Positions 28,325 through 38,346 of a stretch of DNA of 64,000 nucleotides are shown here, one piece after another (positions within the stretch are counted from its first letter, which is position 1; each line of letters starts with the position of its first letter). Under the pieces are notes generated by a model, which saw only the letters and a list, made by a program, of their open reading frames with translations, searched no databases and had not been told where the DNA came from. Where the stretch lies: assembly GCF_030652775.1 (NCBI RefSeq), contig NZ_JAUSPS010000010.1:19280-83279 (forward strand), in the 5' to 3' direction. The translations under genes and the position numbers were made by a program. This DNA is from Acetobacterium sp. Its GTDB lineage: Bacteria; Bacillota; Clostridia; Eubacteriales; Eubacteriaceae.

Positions 28325-29686
28325 ATGAAAACAAATAAACTGTTTCTGAAAATTGTATTGCTCTATTTTTACATGTATTTTATTGGACCTTTAATTTGGT
28401 GTATATGGATGGTTTTTAAACTTGAGATCCTATCTCTGCAAGAATGTTATCACTGCATCAGCTCACCATTGGTAATCGCACTATTTATTTCCTATTTCTT
28501 TTTTAACACCCTCTATATAAAAAGATTAATCAGTAAACTATCCGCGCAACCGTCTGAAACAAAAGCAGAAACCTATCTCAACGCGGCATTAAACGTCCAT
28601 TTTATATCCATCTTTACATTCGGAACAATTGGCACATTTCTTTGCTTATCGATGTTATCAACTCATTCATCCAGTGATTGGCTGCCGAAAGTTGTAATCG
28701 GGGCATTATCAGGCACATCCCTTGTTTTTCTCTTTTATATCATGTTTTCAACAATAATCATTGTCACGCTGGCAGCTCTTATTCAGGCAATGCCATCAAA
28801 TCTGCAAAACCGAATTTTTATCAGACTGAAACATTTTAATCAGCTTCTGTATATAATTGGCTTGATTCTGTTTGTCGGTACCGCTGTTGCTTCGTTAGTT
28901 TATCGCACCAACCAATTCGCCGTTAATCAAAATACCATACTGTTTTTGGTAATATTACTATTGCCCATTTCTATGAGTACTTTTTTATTCTACCAGGCAA
29001 ACAAAAAAATAAATCGCCATATTAAAGTTGAAAGTGCTAATCAATCGACACTTAGCATCATTTTCAACCATAAATTTGCGATTCAGATATTATTCCTTAT
29101 TCTCTTTTGCGTGTTACTATTTACCGGGAAAATACAGATATGGCTTCCTATCTTAATTATCGGATTTTGCATCAGTCTGATATTTGGGCGTATTTACTGT
29201 GGTTTTTTCTGCCCAGTCACGACCATAAACAACGGAATTAAATTATTATTCAAACGAATTGGTATAAAAAAACGACATGTTCCTCAATTTTTTCACACTT
29301 CGCTTTCGGGAGTCGTGTTTTTTGCTTTGTTCTTATCATTATTTGTATTTTCTCTGATATCGAGACAACGCCTTCAATTATTCTTAATAATTACTTGTCT
29401 GGGAATTCTTGTCTCGACCCTATTCAATGCCTCATTCTGGTGTAATTATTTATGTCCCTGGGGAGTTATCCTTAAAGTAATGAGTAAATTTTCGGTCTTC
29501 AAATTTGGCATTGACAGCAATTCGTGCGTAAAATGCGGACTTTGCAGTTTGCATTGTCCTACCAATTCAATTCAAATAACCAACAAGGTTCAAAGCATTG
29601 AGTTCCACAAATGTCTCTGCTGCATACAATGTACCAATGCTTGTCCACAAGATGCCATCGTAATCCAGAAAAAACAATTGCGGTAA
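28325..29686 (+). CDS. Polytopic membrane 4Fe-4S protein (NapH/MauN-like with extra N-terminal TM domain)
   Basis: About 10 TM segments; YCGFFCP, WCNYLCPWG, CVKCGLCSLHCP, CLCCIQCTNACP. Confidence 0.8.
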   Translation: MKTNKLFLKIVLLYFYMYFIGPLIWCIWMVFKLEILSLQECYHCISSPLVIALFISYFFFNTLYIKRLISKLSAQPSETKAETYLNAALNVHFISIFTFGTIGTFLCLSMLSTHSSSDWLPKVVIGALSGTSLVFLFYIMFSTIIIVTLAALIQAMPSNLQNRIFIRLKHFNQLLYIIGLILFVGTAVASLVYRTNQFAVNQNTILFLVILLLPISMSTFLFYQANKKINRHIKVESANQSTLSIIFNHKFAIQILFLILFCVLLFTGKIQIWLPILIIGFCISLIFGRIYCGFFCPVTTINNGIKLLFKRIGIKKRHVPQFFHTSLSGVVFFALFLSLFVFSLISRQRLQLFLIITCLGILVSTLFNASFWCNYLCPWGVILKVMSKFSVFKFGIDSNSCVKCGLCSLHCPTNSIQITNKVQSIEFHKCLCCIQCTNACPQDAIVIQKKQLR

Positions 29687-29702
29687 TTTTATTTGGGGTA
29701 CC

Positions 29703-29826
29703 GAGATTTCATCGGGTTTACCAAAAATATACCCCTGCACGAGGTCTATCTTTTTCCTTTTTTAGATAGTCGTACTCAGCCACTGTTTCAATACCTTCTG
29801 TTAAGATACTTGCTCCTATTTTGGGA
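29703..29826 (-). pseudogene. EAL (c-di-GMP phosphodiesterase) domain C-terminal remnant
   Basis: KIGASILTEGIETVAEYDYLKKEK / +1 frameshift / IDLVQGYIFGKPDEIS matches the EAL EGIET and QGY.FGKP motifs. Confidence 0.75.
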
Positions 29827-29864
29827 TCATTATAAATAAATCCATCCAACGTCTCCTGTTCCTT

Positions 29865-29933
29865 TTAGTCGATATGAATATCACGAATGATCGTCATATC
29901 GACTAAATGACGCGGGGTCGTTTTATTTGTCAC
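29865..29933. repeat. 13-bp perfect inverted repeat abutting a REP-like element
   Basis: TTAGTCGATATGA (29865-29877) / TCATATCGACTAA (29894-29906), then ATGACGCGGGGTCGTTTTATTTGTCAC (29907-29933), which overlaps the amt-GGDEF stop. Confidence 0.65.
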
Positions 29934-31819
29934 ATTGGTTGCTTCACAATCATGTTTCTGCCCTTTTCTTTTGCGCAATAAAGCAGTGAATCCGCCCGGT
30001 TAATCATTTTATTTAAATCCTCTCCTTCGTATTCGACAACGCCCCCGCTAACCGTAATGGTATAATCCTTGTTAAAATCCCAGATCATCTTTTCAATCTT
30101 TTCTCTGATCATATTTGCAAAGATATACGCTGTTGCCAAATCAGTTTTAGGCATAATGACAAGAAATTCTTCGCCCCCATACCGGCCAAAATAGTCTGTT
30201 TTTCTGATGGTATTGCTGACATTCTTGACGATATCAACCAATACCTGATCACCAGCTAAATGTCCGAATTGATCATTGACTTTTTTGAAAAAATCAATAT
30301 CGAACAATAATATTGACAGTTTTTTCTCATAGTTGATGGCAATGCTGATTTCTTTTTCCAAGGCATCGGTTACATTTTTTCTGTTTAAAATTTGTGTCAA
30401 ACCATCCGTCACCGCCATATGATGCAGCGACTGCAAAGCCTCTTCGGCCAGCTCTTCTTTTTCTTTTAAATCATTGACCATACTATTGAAATAATCTGTC
30501 AATTCACCAATTTCAGTTCCGAATTCGACTTCAATTTTTTCTGCATTTTTAAAGTTTTTATGCTCAATGATATTCCGAACCGAATTCGAAAGTTCAAAAA
30601 TACTGGTACTTGCGCCATGCTCGGCAATATTGAGTCCAATTTCTTCATGACTTGGCGATACCCGCATGGGAAAGAATTTATTAATAATCGTCATTAAAAT
30701 AAATGATACGCCAAAGCTCCAAACAAACGCCGCAGTCGCGCCCAGTATTTGAATCATAATTTGATTGGATCTGGTCATCCCAAATTCTAGTAGAAAATTC
30801 TCCTGAATAAAAATTCCGGTAGCAATTGTTCCCCACACTCCGGCAAATCCGTGTACCGGTATTGCACCAACCACATCATCCAGTTTGAGCTTTTCCAATA
30901 GCAGGGTTCCAAAAAAAACAATTAAACCAGCTACAATCCCGATAACCAACGCCCCAACTGCGCTCACATAATAACAACCCGCGGTTATTCCCACCAATCC
31001 GCCAAGAATACCATTGATGATACTTTCCGGTTCGGGAAGTTGATTTTTACTGAATTTCCAACTGACAAACAGACCGGTAAGCCCGCCAAAAGAAGCAGAT
31101 ATCAAGGTATTGGCAATGATGTCGGCAATATTCGTAGTCGCCGCCAGCGTACTGCCGGCATTAAACCCAAACCAGGCGAAAAACAGAATGAAAACACCAA
31201 AGTATGCAAAAACGAGATTGTGTCCTCTTATTTTGTTTGCTTTGCCATCTTTTTCAAACCTGCCCAGTCTTGGGCCAATAATGATCACACCAGAAAGTCC
31301 AACCCAGGCGCCAATCGAGTGAACAACCGTTGATCCGGCAAAATCAAGAAATCCGAGCTGCTGAAGCCAGCCGGCGTTATCCGCATAGAAATAACCACCC
31401 CAGGCCCAATGACCAAAAATTGGATAGATAAATGATGACGTAATAAATGACATTAATAAATAGGTGCTGAATTTCGCTCTTTCGGCAACCGCCCCAGAAT
31501 CGATGGTTGCCGCTGTTCCGGCAAACACGACTTGAAAAAGAAAAAAAGCAGCTTTCCAATCATCTTGTTCAAAATTCACAAAAAAATCACTGATTCCTAC
31601 AATACCATGAAATGATTCGCCAAACATCAGCCCAAAACCAATAAACCAAAAAGCCGCAACGGATAAAATAAAATCCGACATATTCTTAATCGCAACATTG
31701 ATGGAGTTCTTTGCGCGTGTAAGTCCCGTTTCCAAAGCCATAAAACCTGGCTGCATCAGAAATACAATCATCGCCGATATGACAACCCATAAATAATCTG
31801 AAATATCCTTCATCTGCAT
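29930..31819 (-). CDS. amt: Ammonium transporter fused to a HAMP-like linker and GGDEF diguanylate cyclase
   Basis: Amt motifs QPGFMALETG, DFAGSTVVH, WFGFNAGS, DDVVGAIPVH. Then DGLTQILNR, DIDFFKKVNDQFGH, RKTD I-site and GGEEF. Confidence 0.93.
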   Translation of the reverse strand: MQMKDISDYLWVVISAMIVFLMQPGFMALETGLTRAKNSINVAIKNMSDFILSVAAFWFIGFGLMFGESFHGIVGISDFFVNFEQDDWKAAFFLFQVVFAGTAATIDSGAVAERAKFSTYLLMSFITSSFIYPIFGHWAWGGYFYADNAGWLQQLGFLDFAGSTVVHSIGAWVGLSGVIIIGPRLGRFEKDGKANKIRGHNLVFAYFGVFILFFAWFGFNAGSTLAATTNIADIIANTLISASFGGLTGLFVSWKFSKNQLPEPESIINGILGGLVGITAGCYYVSAVGALVIGIVAGLIVFFGTLLLEKLKLDDVVGAIPVHGFAGVWGTIATGIFIQENFLLEFGMTRSNQIMIQILGATAAFVWSFGVSFILMTIINKFFPMRVSPSHEEIGLNIAEHGASTSIFELSNSVRNIIEHKNFKNAEKIEVEFGTEIGELTDYFNSMVNDLKEKEELAEEALQSLHHMAVTDGLTQILNRKNVTDALEKEISIAINYEKKLSILLFDIDFFKKVNDQFGHLAGDQVLVDIVKNVSNTIRKTDYFGRYGGEEFLVIMPKTDLATAYIFANMIREKIEKMIWDFNKDYTITVSGGVVEYEGEDLNKMINRADSLLYCAKEKGRNMIVKQPM

Positions 31820-31909
31820 TACTCCTAACTATTGTCTTTCGAAAGAAAACCACATTCGCTAAATCTCCGGTTTTTTCGCTTCCACAAGGCATTGAGGATC
31901 GATAGACGC

Positions 31910-31940
31910 AAAAAAAGCCAACCTCACCAGGTTGACTTTC
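31910..31940 (-). terminator. Intrinsic terminator downstream of padR
   Basis: Minus strand AAAGTCAACC-TGGTGA-GGTTGGCTTTTTTT. Confidence 0.7.
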
Positions 31941-32022
31941 ATTGTCTGATTTCTGTATTTATCCTATTATGTAGTAATCTTAGCAGAATAAAATATATTA
32001 GTCAATATTTCTGCATCGATTA

Positions 32023-32580
32023 TCAGCTTGGCAATAACTGGGGAACGTTTTGTTTATCATGCTTGTCTTTTAGTGAAGTAATCCATGTTTCGATTGCTTG
32101 AGCCAAAATAAGCTGCTGTTGTAAAACAGCTAGTCCTATTTCAGGAATCTCAGGTATATTTTCTTTTATACTGATATTATCTTCTAAATATGTCTTTAGA
32201 GTTTTCACGTTGTTTTCAATATTTGTTAAACACAACTTTTGATTTTCCGGTGTGAGGCTAGTCAAATTTACGATTACCGCATTAAAATCCAGAAAAATAC
32301 TAATCGACTGTGCCGAAATTCCAATCATTAATTTTTCAAATTCTATTTCTCCATCATCCGTTAACGAATAGACAGCTTTCTCCGCCATTTTTCCTTCTTT
32401 TACAATATTGCCTTTAATAAAGCCTTTTTCCTCGAGCTGAATAACTTTTTTATATATTGAGGGCGTACTAATTTTCACCCACTTAGATATGTTGCGGTAC
32501 TCTACTATCTTTTGAATGTCGTAGGCACTTAAAGATTCTTTCTTCAATATTCCTAAGACAATCAAATCGATTGTTGCCAT
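32023..32580 (-). CDS. PadR-family regulator
   Basis: LGILKKESLSAYDI...SIYKKVIQLEEKGFI...KAVYSLTDDGE. Confidence 0.88.
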   Translation of the reverse strand: MATIDLIVLGILKKESLSAYDIQKIVEYRNISKWVKISTPSIYKKVIQLEEKGFIKGNIVKEGKMAEKAVYSLTDDGEIEFEKLMIGISAQSISIFLDFNAVIVNLTSLTPENQKLCLTNIENNVKTLKTYLEDNISIKENIPEIPEIGLAVLQQQLILAQAIETWITSLKDKHDKQNVPQLLPS

Positions 32581-32607
32581 AATGCCCTCCTTTTTCTCCT
32601 CTTGACA

Positions 32608-32663
32608 AGTACTATAATTTATAGTACTATTTGTTTTGCAAAGTTACTATAAATTATAGTACT
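32608..32663. promoter_or_regulatory. Two palindromic PadR-type operators
   Basis: AGTACTATAATTTATAGTACT (32608-32628) and GTTACTATAAATTATAGTACT (32643-32663) between divergent padR and MATE. Confidence 0.75.
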
Positions 32664-32702
32664 ATATTTCACATCTCGTGTCAAGAGAAAAGGAGAGTTA
32701 TC

Positions 32703-34082
32703 ATGAATGAACGTAACAAGAAAATGGAATTACTGGGAAGCGCACCGATACCAAAAGCGCTTTTAGCACTGGGACTCCCTACCATGATTGGTATGATGAT
32801 CAATGCGTTATACAATCTGGTCGATGCTTACTTTGTTGGCGGACTTGGAACCAGCCAGATGGGGGCGATCACAATCACATTTCCTCTTGGGCAAGTGGTT
32901 GTCGGATTAGGTCTGTTATTCGGAAATGGTGCTGCATCGTATATTTCAAGATTGTTAGGGCGAGGGGACAAAGAAACCGCAAACAAAGTTGCCAGTACTG
33001 CTCTTTACAGCAGTATTTCTGTCGGCATCATAATAATTTTCTGCACAATCATTTTTCTAAATCCGATTCTGAAGCTTTTAGGTGCAACTGAGAGCATCAT
33101 GCCTTATGCGGTAACTTATGCAAGTATTTATGTCATTTCATCGATCTTCAACGTCTTTAATGTAACAATGAATAACATCGTGACGAGCGAAGGTGCTGCC
33201 AAAACAACGATGTTTGCAATGCTGGCAGGTGCTGTACTAAATATCATTTTAGACCCAATTTTTATATATACCCTCAATTTAGGTATAGCCGGTGCAGCAA
33301 TCGCCACTGCTATTGCTCAGATTGTTTCTACCCTGGTGTTTTTATTCTATATATTCAGAAAAAAAAGCGTCTTCAATTTTAGTGTTAAGGCTTGCTGTTT
33401 TTCAAAAGAAATTATGTCGGAAATTTTAAAAATAGGTATTCCTACCATGGCATTCCAGTTGTTGGCTAGTCTTTCGATTACGCTTATCAACATGCAGGCA
33501 AAAGAATATGGCGATTCCGTCATTGCCGGAATGGGTGCCGTAACCAGAATTATTTCTATGGGAAGTCTGATGGTATTTGGATTTCTTAAAGGTTTTCAGC
33601 CAATCGCAGGATATAGCTACGGGGCAAAAAAATACGAACGCTTATTTGAAGTAACCAAAACTGCCATCATATGGTCAACGATATTTTGTACAATCTTTGG
33701 ATTAACAATGGCTTTGTTCCCGATCGCAATCATTTCCCAATTTACAAAAGGTGATATTGACATGATTAATGTCGGTCAAACAGCATTGTGCGCCAACGGT
33801 TTTTCTTTCCTGCTTTTTGGTTTCTATACAGTATATTCATCACTGTTCCTGGTGCTGGGAAAAGCGAAAGAAGGTTTTATCCTTGGTGCTTGCCGACAGG
33901 GAATTTTCTTTGTCCCCATCATTCTAATTCTCCCGATGATTTGGGGAATAAGCGGTATCCTTTATGCCCAGCCGATTTCTGATGTTATCTCTGCCATTGC
34001 GACTGTATTTATGGCTGTGCATCTTCATAAGGAATTGGGTCTCGTAAAACCACGCACCCTTTCCGCAGAACAGGAACATTGA
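32703..34082 (+). CDS. MATE-family efflux transporter
   Basis: ALYNLVDAYFVG, NIILDPIFIY, GFQPIAGYSYGAK, AQPISD. Start at ATG 32703. Confidence 0.93.
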   Translation: MNERNKKMELLGSAPIPKALLALGLPTMIGMMINALYNLVDAYFVGGLGTSQMGAITITFPLGQVVVGLGLLFGNGAASYISRLLGRGDKETANKVASTALYSSISVGIIIIFCTIIFLNPILKLLGATESIMPYAVTYASIYVISSIFNVFNVTMNNIVTSEGAAKTTMFAMLAGAVLNIILDPIFIYTLNLGIAGAAIATAIAQIVSTLVFLFYIFRKKSVFNFSVKACCFSKEIMSEILKIGIPTMAFQLLASLSITLINMQAKEYGDSVIAGMGAVTRIISMGSLMVFGFLKGFQPIAGYSYGAKKYERLFEVTKTAIIWSTIFCTIFGLTMALFPIAIISQFTKGDIDMINVGQTALCANGFSFLLFGFYTVYSSLFLVLGKAKEGFILGACRQGIFFVPIILILPMIWGISGILYAQPISDVISAIATVFMAVHLHKELGLVKPRTLSAEQEH

Positions 34083-34174
34083 TTCAGCATGAAAATAGTA
34101 CCAATCGAAATGAGAAAATTCAGAAACAATATTCATCCAGCGCCCTCATCATGTGAAGTGAACGATTCGCCAGA

Positions 34175-35425
34175 TTAACTTGACGTTCGACTCTTATTCG
34201 TAAAATAGACAAGGCTAAATATCAAACCGATTAGCATAACAGCGGTTACTCCCCAATACGTTAATTGAAAACTGAATCGGTCAATGACGATCCCCCAAAC
34301 AGCTCCGCCTAAGCCATATCCTAGATCCATTGACAGCCAAAATGTGGCACTGGCAGCTCCGCGCCTATTGCTATCTACATTTTTAAGGGCGCTTGTGTTT
34401 AAAACGGTGGTGGTTATACCAATGCAAAAACCATATGCTGCGCCAATGCCGATAAAAATAATTGGGTTTGAAACAAATACCATTGTCACCGTTGAAAAGA
34501 TGCCGCATATAAATCCAGCGGTCAGCGTGGGAACGGGTCCAAACTTGTCAAACAACTTGCCAATAAACAGACGTGTCACAATTGAAGCGACTGCGGAGAT
34601 AATGAAAAACATGGCAGTGGCACTTTCAAACCCTCTACTTATGGCAAACAGCGTGGCAAACACCACGATACTTGCCATTGCAAAACAAATAAGAAATTCT
34701 GTTATCGACGCACCTAATGCCTTTTTTTCAATATATCGCCAAATACCCGTATACTGGACACTTGCTGTACTTTCTGTACTTTCTGCCTTTTTTACTTTTG
34801 CTTGTGGCTGATAGCTGGTAAAATAGTCATTACGTCGAGAGTTAAAAGTTAAAGCTGCTACGGCAAGAATCAACACCCCCGCAAGAATAAACATCTGAAA
34901 ATAATTACCGCCTGATATAAGATATAAGCCGAAGGCTGGCCCGAGTGCCTGTGCCAAAGACATTGCTAAAGTGTAATACCCGATGCCTTCGCCAAAACGA
35001 TTTTTGGGGATGATATCCGCAACAGCAGCCGCCGTTGCGGTATTTACCGCCGCATAACCGATACCTTGTACCATACGCAGCACCGGAAGAGCGCCTAAAT
35101 ATGGCAAAAAGGCGCACAGTATTACCGAAGCGAAAAAGATAAGTTCGCCTGTTAGCATGACCGCAAAACGACCTTTTTTGTCCGCAAAATAGCCGCTAGC
35201 CAGACGAGAAACAACAGCTGCCGCACTAAAACATAACATTAAGATACCGCTAAAAGCAGCTTTTCCCCCAATATGATTCACATATAGCGACATAACATTA
35301 TTTAACATAAATAAGACCGTAGAAATAACTAAAGATGTCAAGCAAAAGACAACAAACAATGTGCTCCAGAGTTTGTTGCACTCGTTCCATTTGATCTGAT
35401 TTTCTATAACTCTTTCTGTTTGCAA
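34175..35425 (-). CDS. MFS transporter
   Basis: 12 TM; motif A GYFADKKGR and GKLFDKFG. TTG start behind AGGAGG. Confidence 0.92.
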   Translation of the reverse strand: MQTERVIENQIKWNECNKLWSTLFVVFCLTSLVISTVLFMLNNVMSLYVNHIGGKAAFSGILMLCFSAAAVVSRLASGYFADKKGRFAVMLTGELIFFASVILCAFLPYLGALPVLRMVQGIGYAAVNTATAAAVADIIPKNRFGEGIGYYTLAMSLAQALGPAFGLYLISGGNYFQMFILAGVLILAVAALTFNSRRNDYFTSYQPQAKVKKAESTESTASVQYTGIWRYIEKKALGASITEFLICFAMASIVVFATLFAISRGFESATAMFFIISAVASIVTRLFIGKLFDKFGPVPTLTAGFICGIFSTVTMVFVSNPIIFIGIGAAYGFCIGITTTVLNTSALKNVDSNRRGAASATFWLSMDLGYGLGGAVWGIVIDRFSFQLTYWGVTAVMLIGLIFSLVYFTNKSRTSS

Positions 35426-35475
35426 AATGATTTCCTCCTTTTGTCCTCATGGGTATGAATTTTCAATGTATTAAT

Positions 35476-35487
35476 TAGACCAGTCTA
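35476..35487. promoter_or_regulatory. LmrA/YxaF-type operator upstream of the MFS gene
   Basis: TAGACCAGTCTA palindrome; related GACCGGTC sites at 36137-36165. Confidence 0.65.
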
Positions 35488-35518
35488 TATATTTCAGGCA
35501 ACAAAGTATAACCCTTAA

Positions 35519-36100
35519 TTACTGATCGCAAAAATAATGATTTAGCAAGATACCGATCTGCTTACTGGCTACGATTAAATCTGCAACATTCTTTTGGGTA
35601 ACTGATATTGTAATCGCACCTTCAATCATTGCGAGAATAACTGCACTCAATTCCTGCGCAACTTCTTTAGGAAGCCCATTTTTAATTAACTTTTCAGTAT
35701 ATATATTTTTAAATGCGTAAAAAGCTTCCTGGCAAGCTGCTCTTAAAGGCTCACTTGATAGATGGGTCTCTAAAGCTAGTAAACCAATCGAAACGTTTTG
35801 TACCTTATCTTCTTCTAAGCTTTCTATTATGCATTTGATATTGTATTGTATCGCCTCAATGGGGTTCGAATACTTGGCTAATGCAGTTTGTATGCTTGCT
35901 TGAATAAACTGACTTGACAACTTAATTGCTTCTAGCGCCAGCTCTTCCTTTCCATCAGGAAAGTAGTAATAAAGCGAACCTTTGGGTGCGCCGCTTTCTT
36001 TTAGGATTTCATTTAATCCTGTTGCATTATATCCTTTTACCTGAAAAAGCCTTGATGCAACTGTTAAAATTTTCTCTTTCGAATCAGTATTATTTTTCAT
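35519..36100 (-). CDS. TetR-family regulator (LmrA/YxaF-like)
   Basis: LFQVKGYNATGLNEILKESGAPKGSLYYYFPDGKEEL. Confidence 0.92.
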   Translation of the reverse strand: MKNNTDSKEKILTVASRLFQVKGYNATGLNEILKESGAPKGSLYYYFPDGKEELALEAIKLSSQFIQASIQTALAKYSNPIEAIQYNIKCIIESLEEDKVQNVSIGLLALETHLSSEPLRAACQEAFYAFKNIYTEKLIKNGLPKEVAQELSAVILAMIEGAITISVTQKNVADLIVASKQIGILLNHYFCDQ

Positions 36101-36136
36101 TAATTACACACTTTCTCTCAAACACAATATTATAAC

Positions 36137-36165
36137 GACCGGTCTATATGCATTATAGACCGGTC
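36137..36165. promoter_or_regulatory. Two LmrA-type operator sites upstream of tetR
   Basis: GACCGGTCTATA (36137-36148) and TATAGACCGGTC (36154-36165). Confidence 0.65.
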
Positions 36166-36182
36166 ATATAACATTGTCAATA

Positions 36183-37610
36183 CTAAAACTTTTTTTTGCT
36201 TGAGGATAAGTAATCAACCGATACATGGTTTTTTAACGGATTAAAGGTCTCTGCACGACCTAGCTCCTTAATTTTCCTAAACTGTATTATAAATAGCGTT
36301 GCTGTTACTGAAACGGCTATTAAATCTGCAATCGGTTCGGCCATATACACTGCCGCAATTTTGTCTGTGAAAATCATCGGTAAAATATAAATTAAAGGAA
36401 TCAACAGAATCACTTTTCTGAGTACTGCTAAAAATAGTGAGGTCTTAGCATTTCCAATTGCTATAAAAGTCTGCTGACAAGCAAGCTGTATCCCGAATAG
36501 GAATGAGACGGCAAAATAGATATGCATCGCATCTGCTGTAAATGCAATAAGCTCAGGATCGGATGTAAAGATGCCTGCAAAAGTCTCCGGTATTAGCATG
36601 ACAAGAAGCCATATGACGGTTGAAAAAGCAACGCAACATTTCAGCAGTGTCAAAAATGCTTCCTTCACACGTTGGCTATTCTTAGCACCATAATTGTAGC
36701 TGATAATCGGTTGTGCACCCTGTGTGAGCCCAACCAGGGGAAGCAAGGAAAACTGCATGATGCTTGTCAGTATCGTCATGCCTCCAACTGCGATGTCCCC
36801 TCCGTATTTCAAAAGTGATGCGTTAAAAGAAATAGAAATTAAACTTTCGGTTGCCTGCATGATAAACGGAGCAAGACCGAGTGCAATGCAAGGTAGTACT
36901 ACCTCGTGTTTTAGGCGAAAATTCTCCCTTTTCAGTTTTAACACCGTTTGTTTCCCGCAAAGAAAGCGGATGACCCAGGCCGCCGAAGCAGCTTGCGATA
37001 TAACCGTTGCAAGGGCTGCTCCAGCAACACCCATATCAAAAACAAAGATTAATATCGGGTCGAGTATTATGTTACATACTGCACCAATTAACACTGAGTA
37101 CATCCCGATCTTTGCAAATCCCTGTGCTGTAATAAAAGCATTTAATCCGATCGTCAGCTGTACAAATACGGTTCCCAGCACATATATTCTGAGATAACTC
37201 ATCGAATATCCGATGGTATTTTCACTTGCTCCAAAAATCATCAAAAGATTTTCACCCCAAATAAACATAACAATACTTAAAATAACCCCAACGCCAAGAA
37301 GCATTACAAATGAATTGCCCAGAATTTTTTCGGCCGTATCATTATCACCCTGCCCCATAAAAATAGAAGCTCGGGGTGCACTGCCCATGCTTACCAGTGC
37401 GGCAAACGCTGAAATCAACAAAATAATTGGCATACAGACGCCGACTCCCGTCAATGCCCAAGTGCCTTCTACCGGAATATGCCCAATAAATATGCGGTCA
37501 ACAAGGTTGTACATCATATTGACAAGCTGTGCTGTAATTGCGGGTACTGCGAGCTGAAAAAGTAGTTTTCCTATTTTTTCAGTTCCTAAAAAGGTGCTGT
37601 CTTTTTCCAT
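36183..37610 (-). CDS. MATE-family efflux transporter
   Basis: MMYNLVDRIFIG, NIILDPILIF, GAQPIISYNYGAK, AEPIAD. Confidence 0.93.
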   Translation of the reverse strand: MEKDSTFLGTEKIGKLLFQLAVPAITAQLVNMMYNLVDRIFIGHIPVEGTWALTGVGVCMPIILLISAFAALVSMGSAPRASIFMGQGDNDTAEKILGNSFVMLLGVGVILSIVMFIWGENLLMIFGASENTIGYSMSYLRIYVLGTVFVQLTIGLNAFITAQGFAKIGMYSVLIGAVCNIILDPILIFVFDMGVAGAALATVISQAASAAWVIRFLCGKQTVLKLKRENFRLKHEVVLPCIALGLAPFIMQATESLISISFNASLLKYGGDIAVGGMTILTSIMQFSLLPLVGLTQGAQPIISYNYGAKNSQRVKEAFLTLLKCCVAFSTVIWLLVMLIPETFAGIFTSDPELIAFTADAMHIYFAVSFLFGIQLACQQTFIAIGNAKTSLFLAVLRKVILLIPLIYILPMIFTDKIAAVYMAEPIADLIAVSVTATLFIIQFRKIKELGRAETFNPLKNHVSVDYLSSSKKKF

Positions 37611-37613
37611 TAT

Positions 37614-38060
37614 CTATATTCCTCTTTTGTCGGTTGTCTTATTTGCATTGTCAAAAATCTTATCCAGCAATGATTCAAATGTTTTAATCTCATCAGCATC
37701 CATCCCCGCAAAAAGTATCTCGATAAATTCCTTTTGTTTGAGTCTGGCACTGTCAATAACGGGGTTTGCTTTTCCGGTTAATTGCAGATGGATCATCCGC
37801 CGGTCTTCTTTGTCTGAAATTCTTACAAGGAAACCTTTCTTGATTAGCTTTTCAACTGATTTTGAAATATAGCTTTTAGCAATCATGCGCATTTCAGCGA
37901 TATCCTTTGCTGTATCAAAACCAGGATTATTTGCCAGAAACGCAATAATATCGACCTCATTTTGAGTGATTTGATACCTCTGACAAATTTCTTCAAACTG
38001 CTTTTCATAAAGCCGTTTCATCTGCTGACCACTAACCAATATTTTAGTCGAATTATTCGT
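37614..38060 (-). CDS. MarR-family regulator (start codon uncertain)
   Basis: AKSYISKSVEKLIKKGFL...DRRMIHLQLT. The RBS AGGGGG points to an in-frame ACG at 38060; the first canonical start is TTG 38039. Confidence 0.85.
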   Translation of the reverse strand, partial: TNNSTKILVSGQQMKRLYEKQFEEICQRYQITQNEVDIIAFLANNPGFDTAKDIAEMRMIAKSYISKSVEKLIKKGFLVRISDKEDRRMIHLQLTGKANPVIDSARLKQKEFIEILFAGMDADEIKTFESLLDKIFDNANKTTDKRGI

Positions 38061-38346
38061 AATGATCCCCCCTAATAAATTAGTTCACTATACAATAGTT
38101 CTGTATTGAACTAATTATATGCAAACAAATACTTAATGTCAAGTAAGACAAGTAACTATGATGCATTCGTCGTGTTATCCAAGTTCATTTAAATTAGGGT
38201 AGATCGATTACAACACCTAGACAATAAAATTATATGAAAGTATAATAAGAAAAACTGCCGCAGTATTAGCTAACGAAAACAAGGTTAAATCCATGCTGTC
38301 CCGGGAAGAAATGAACTAAGAAAACGTGAGAAAAAAGGGAGGAAAA

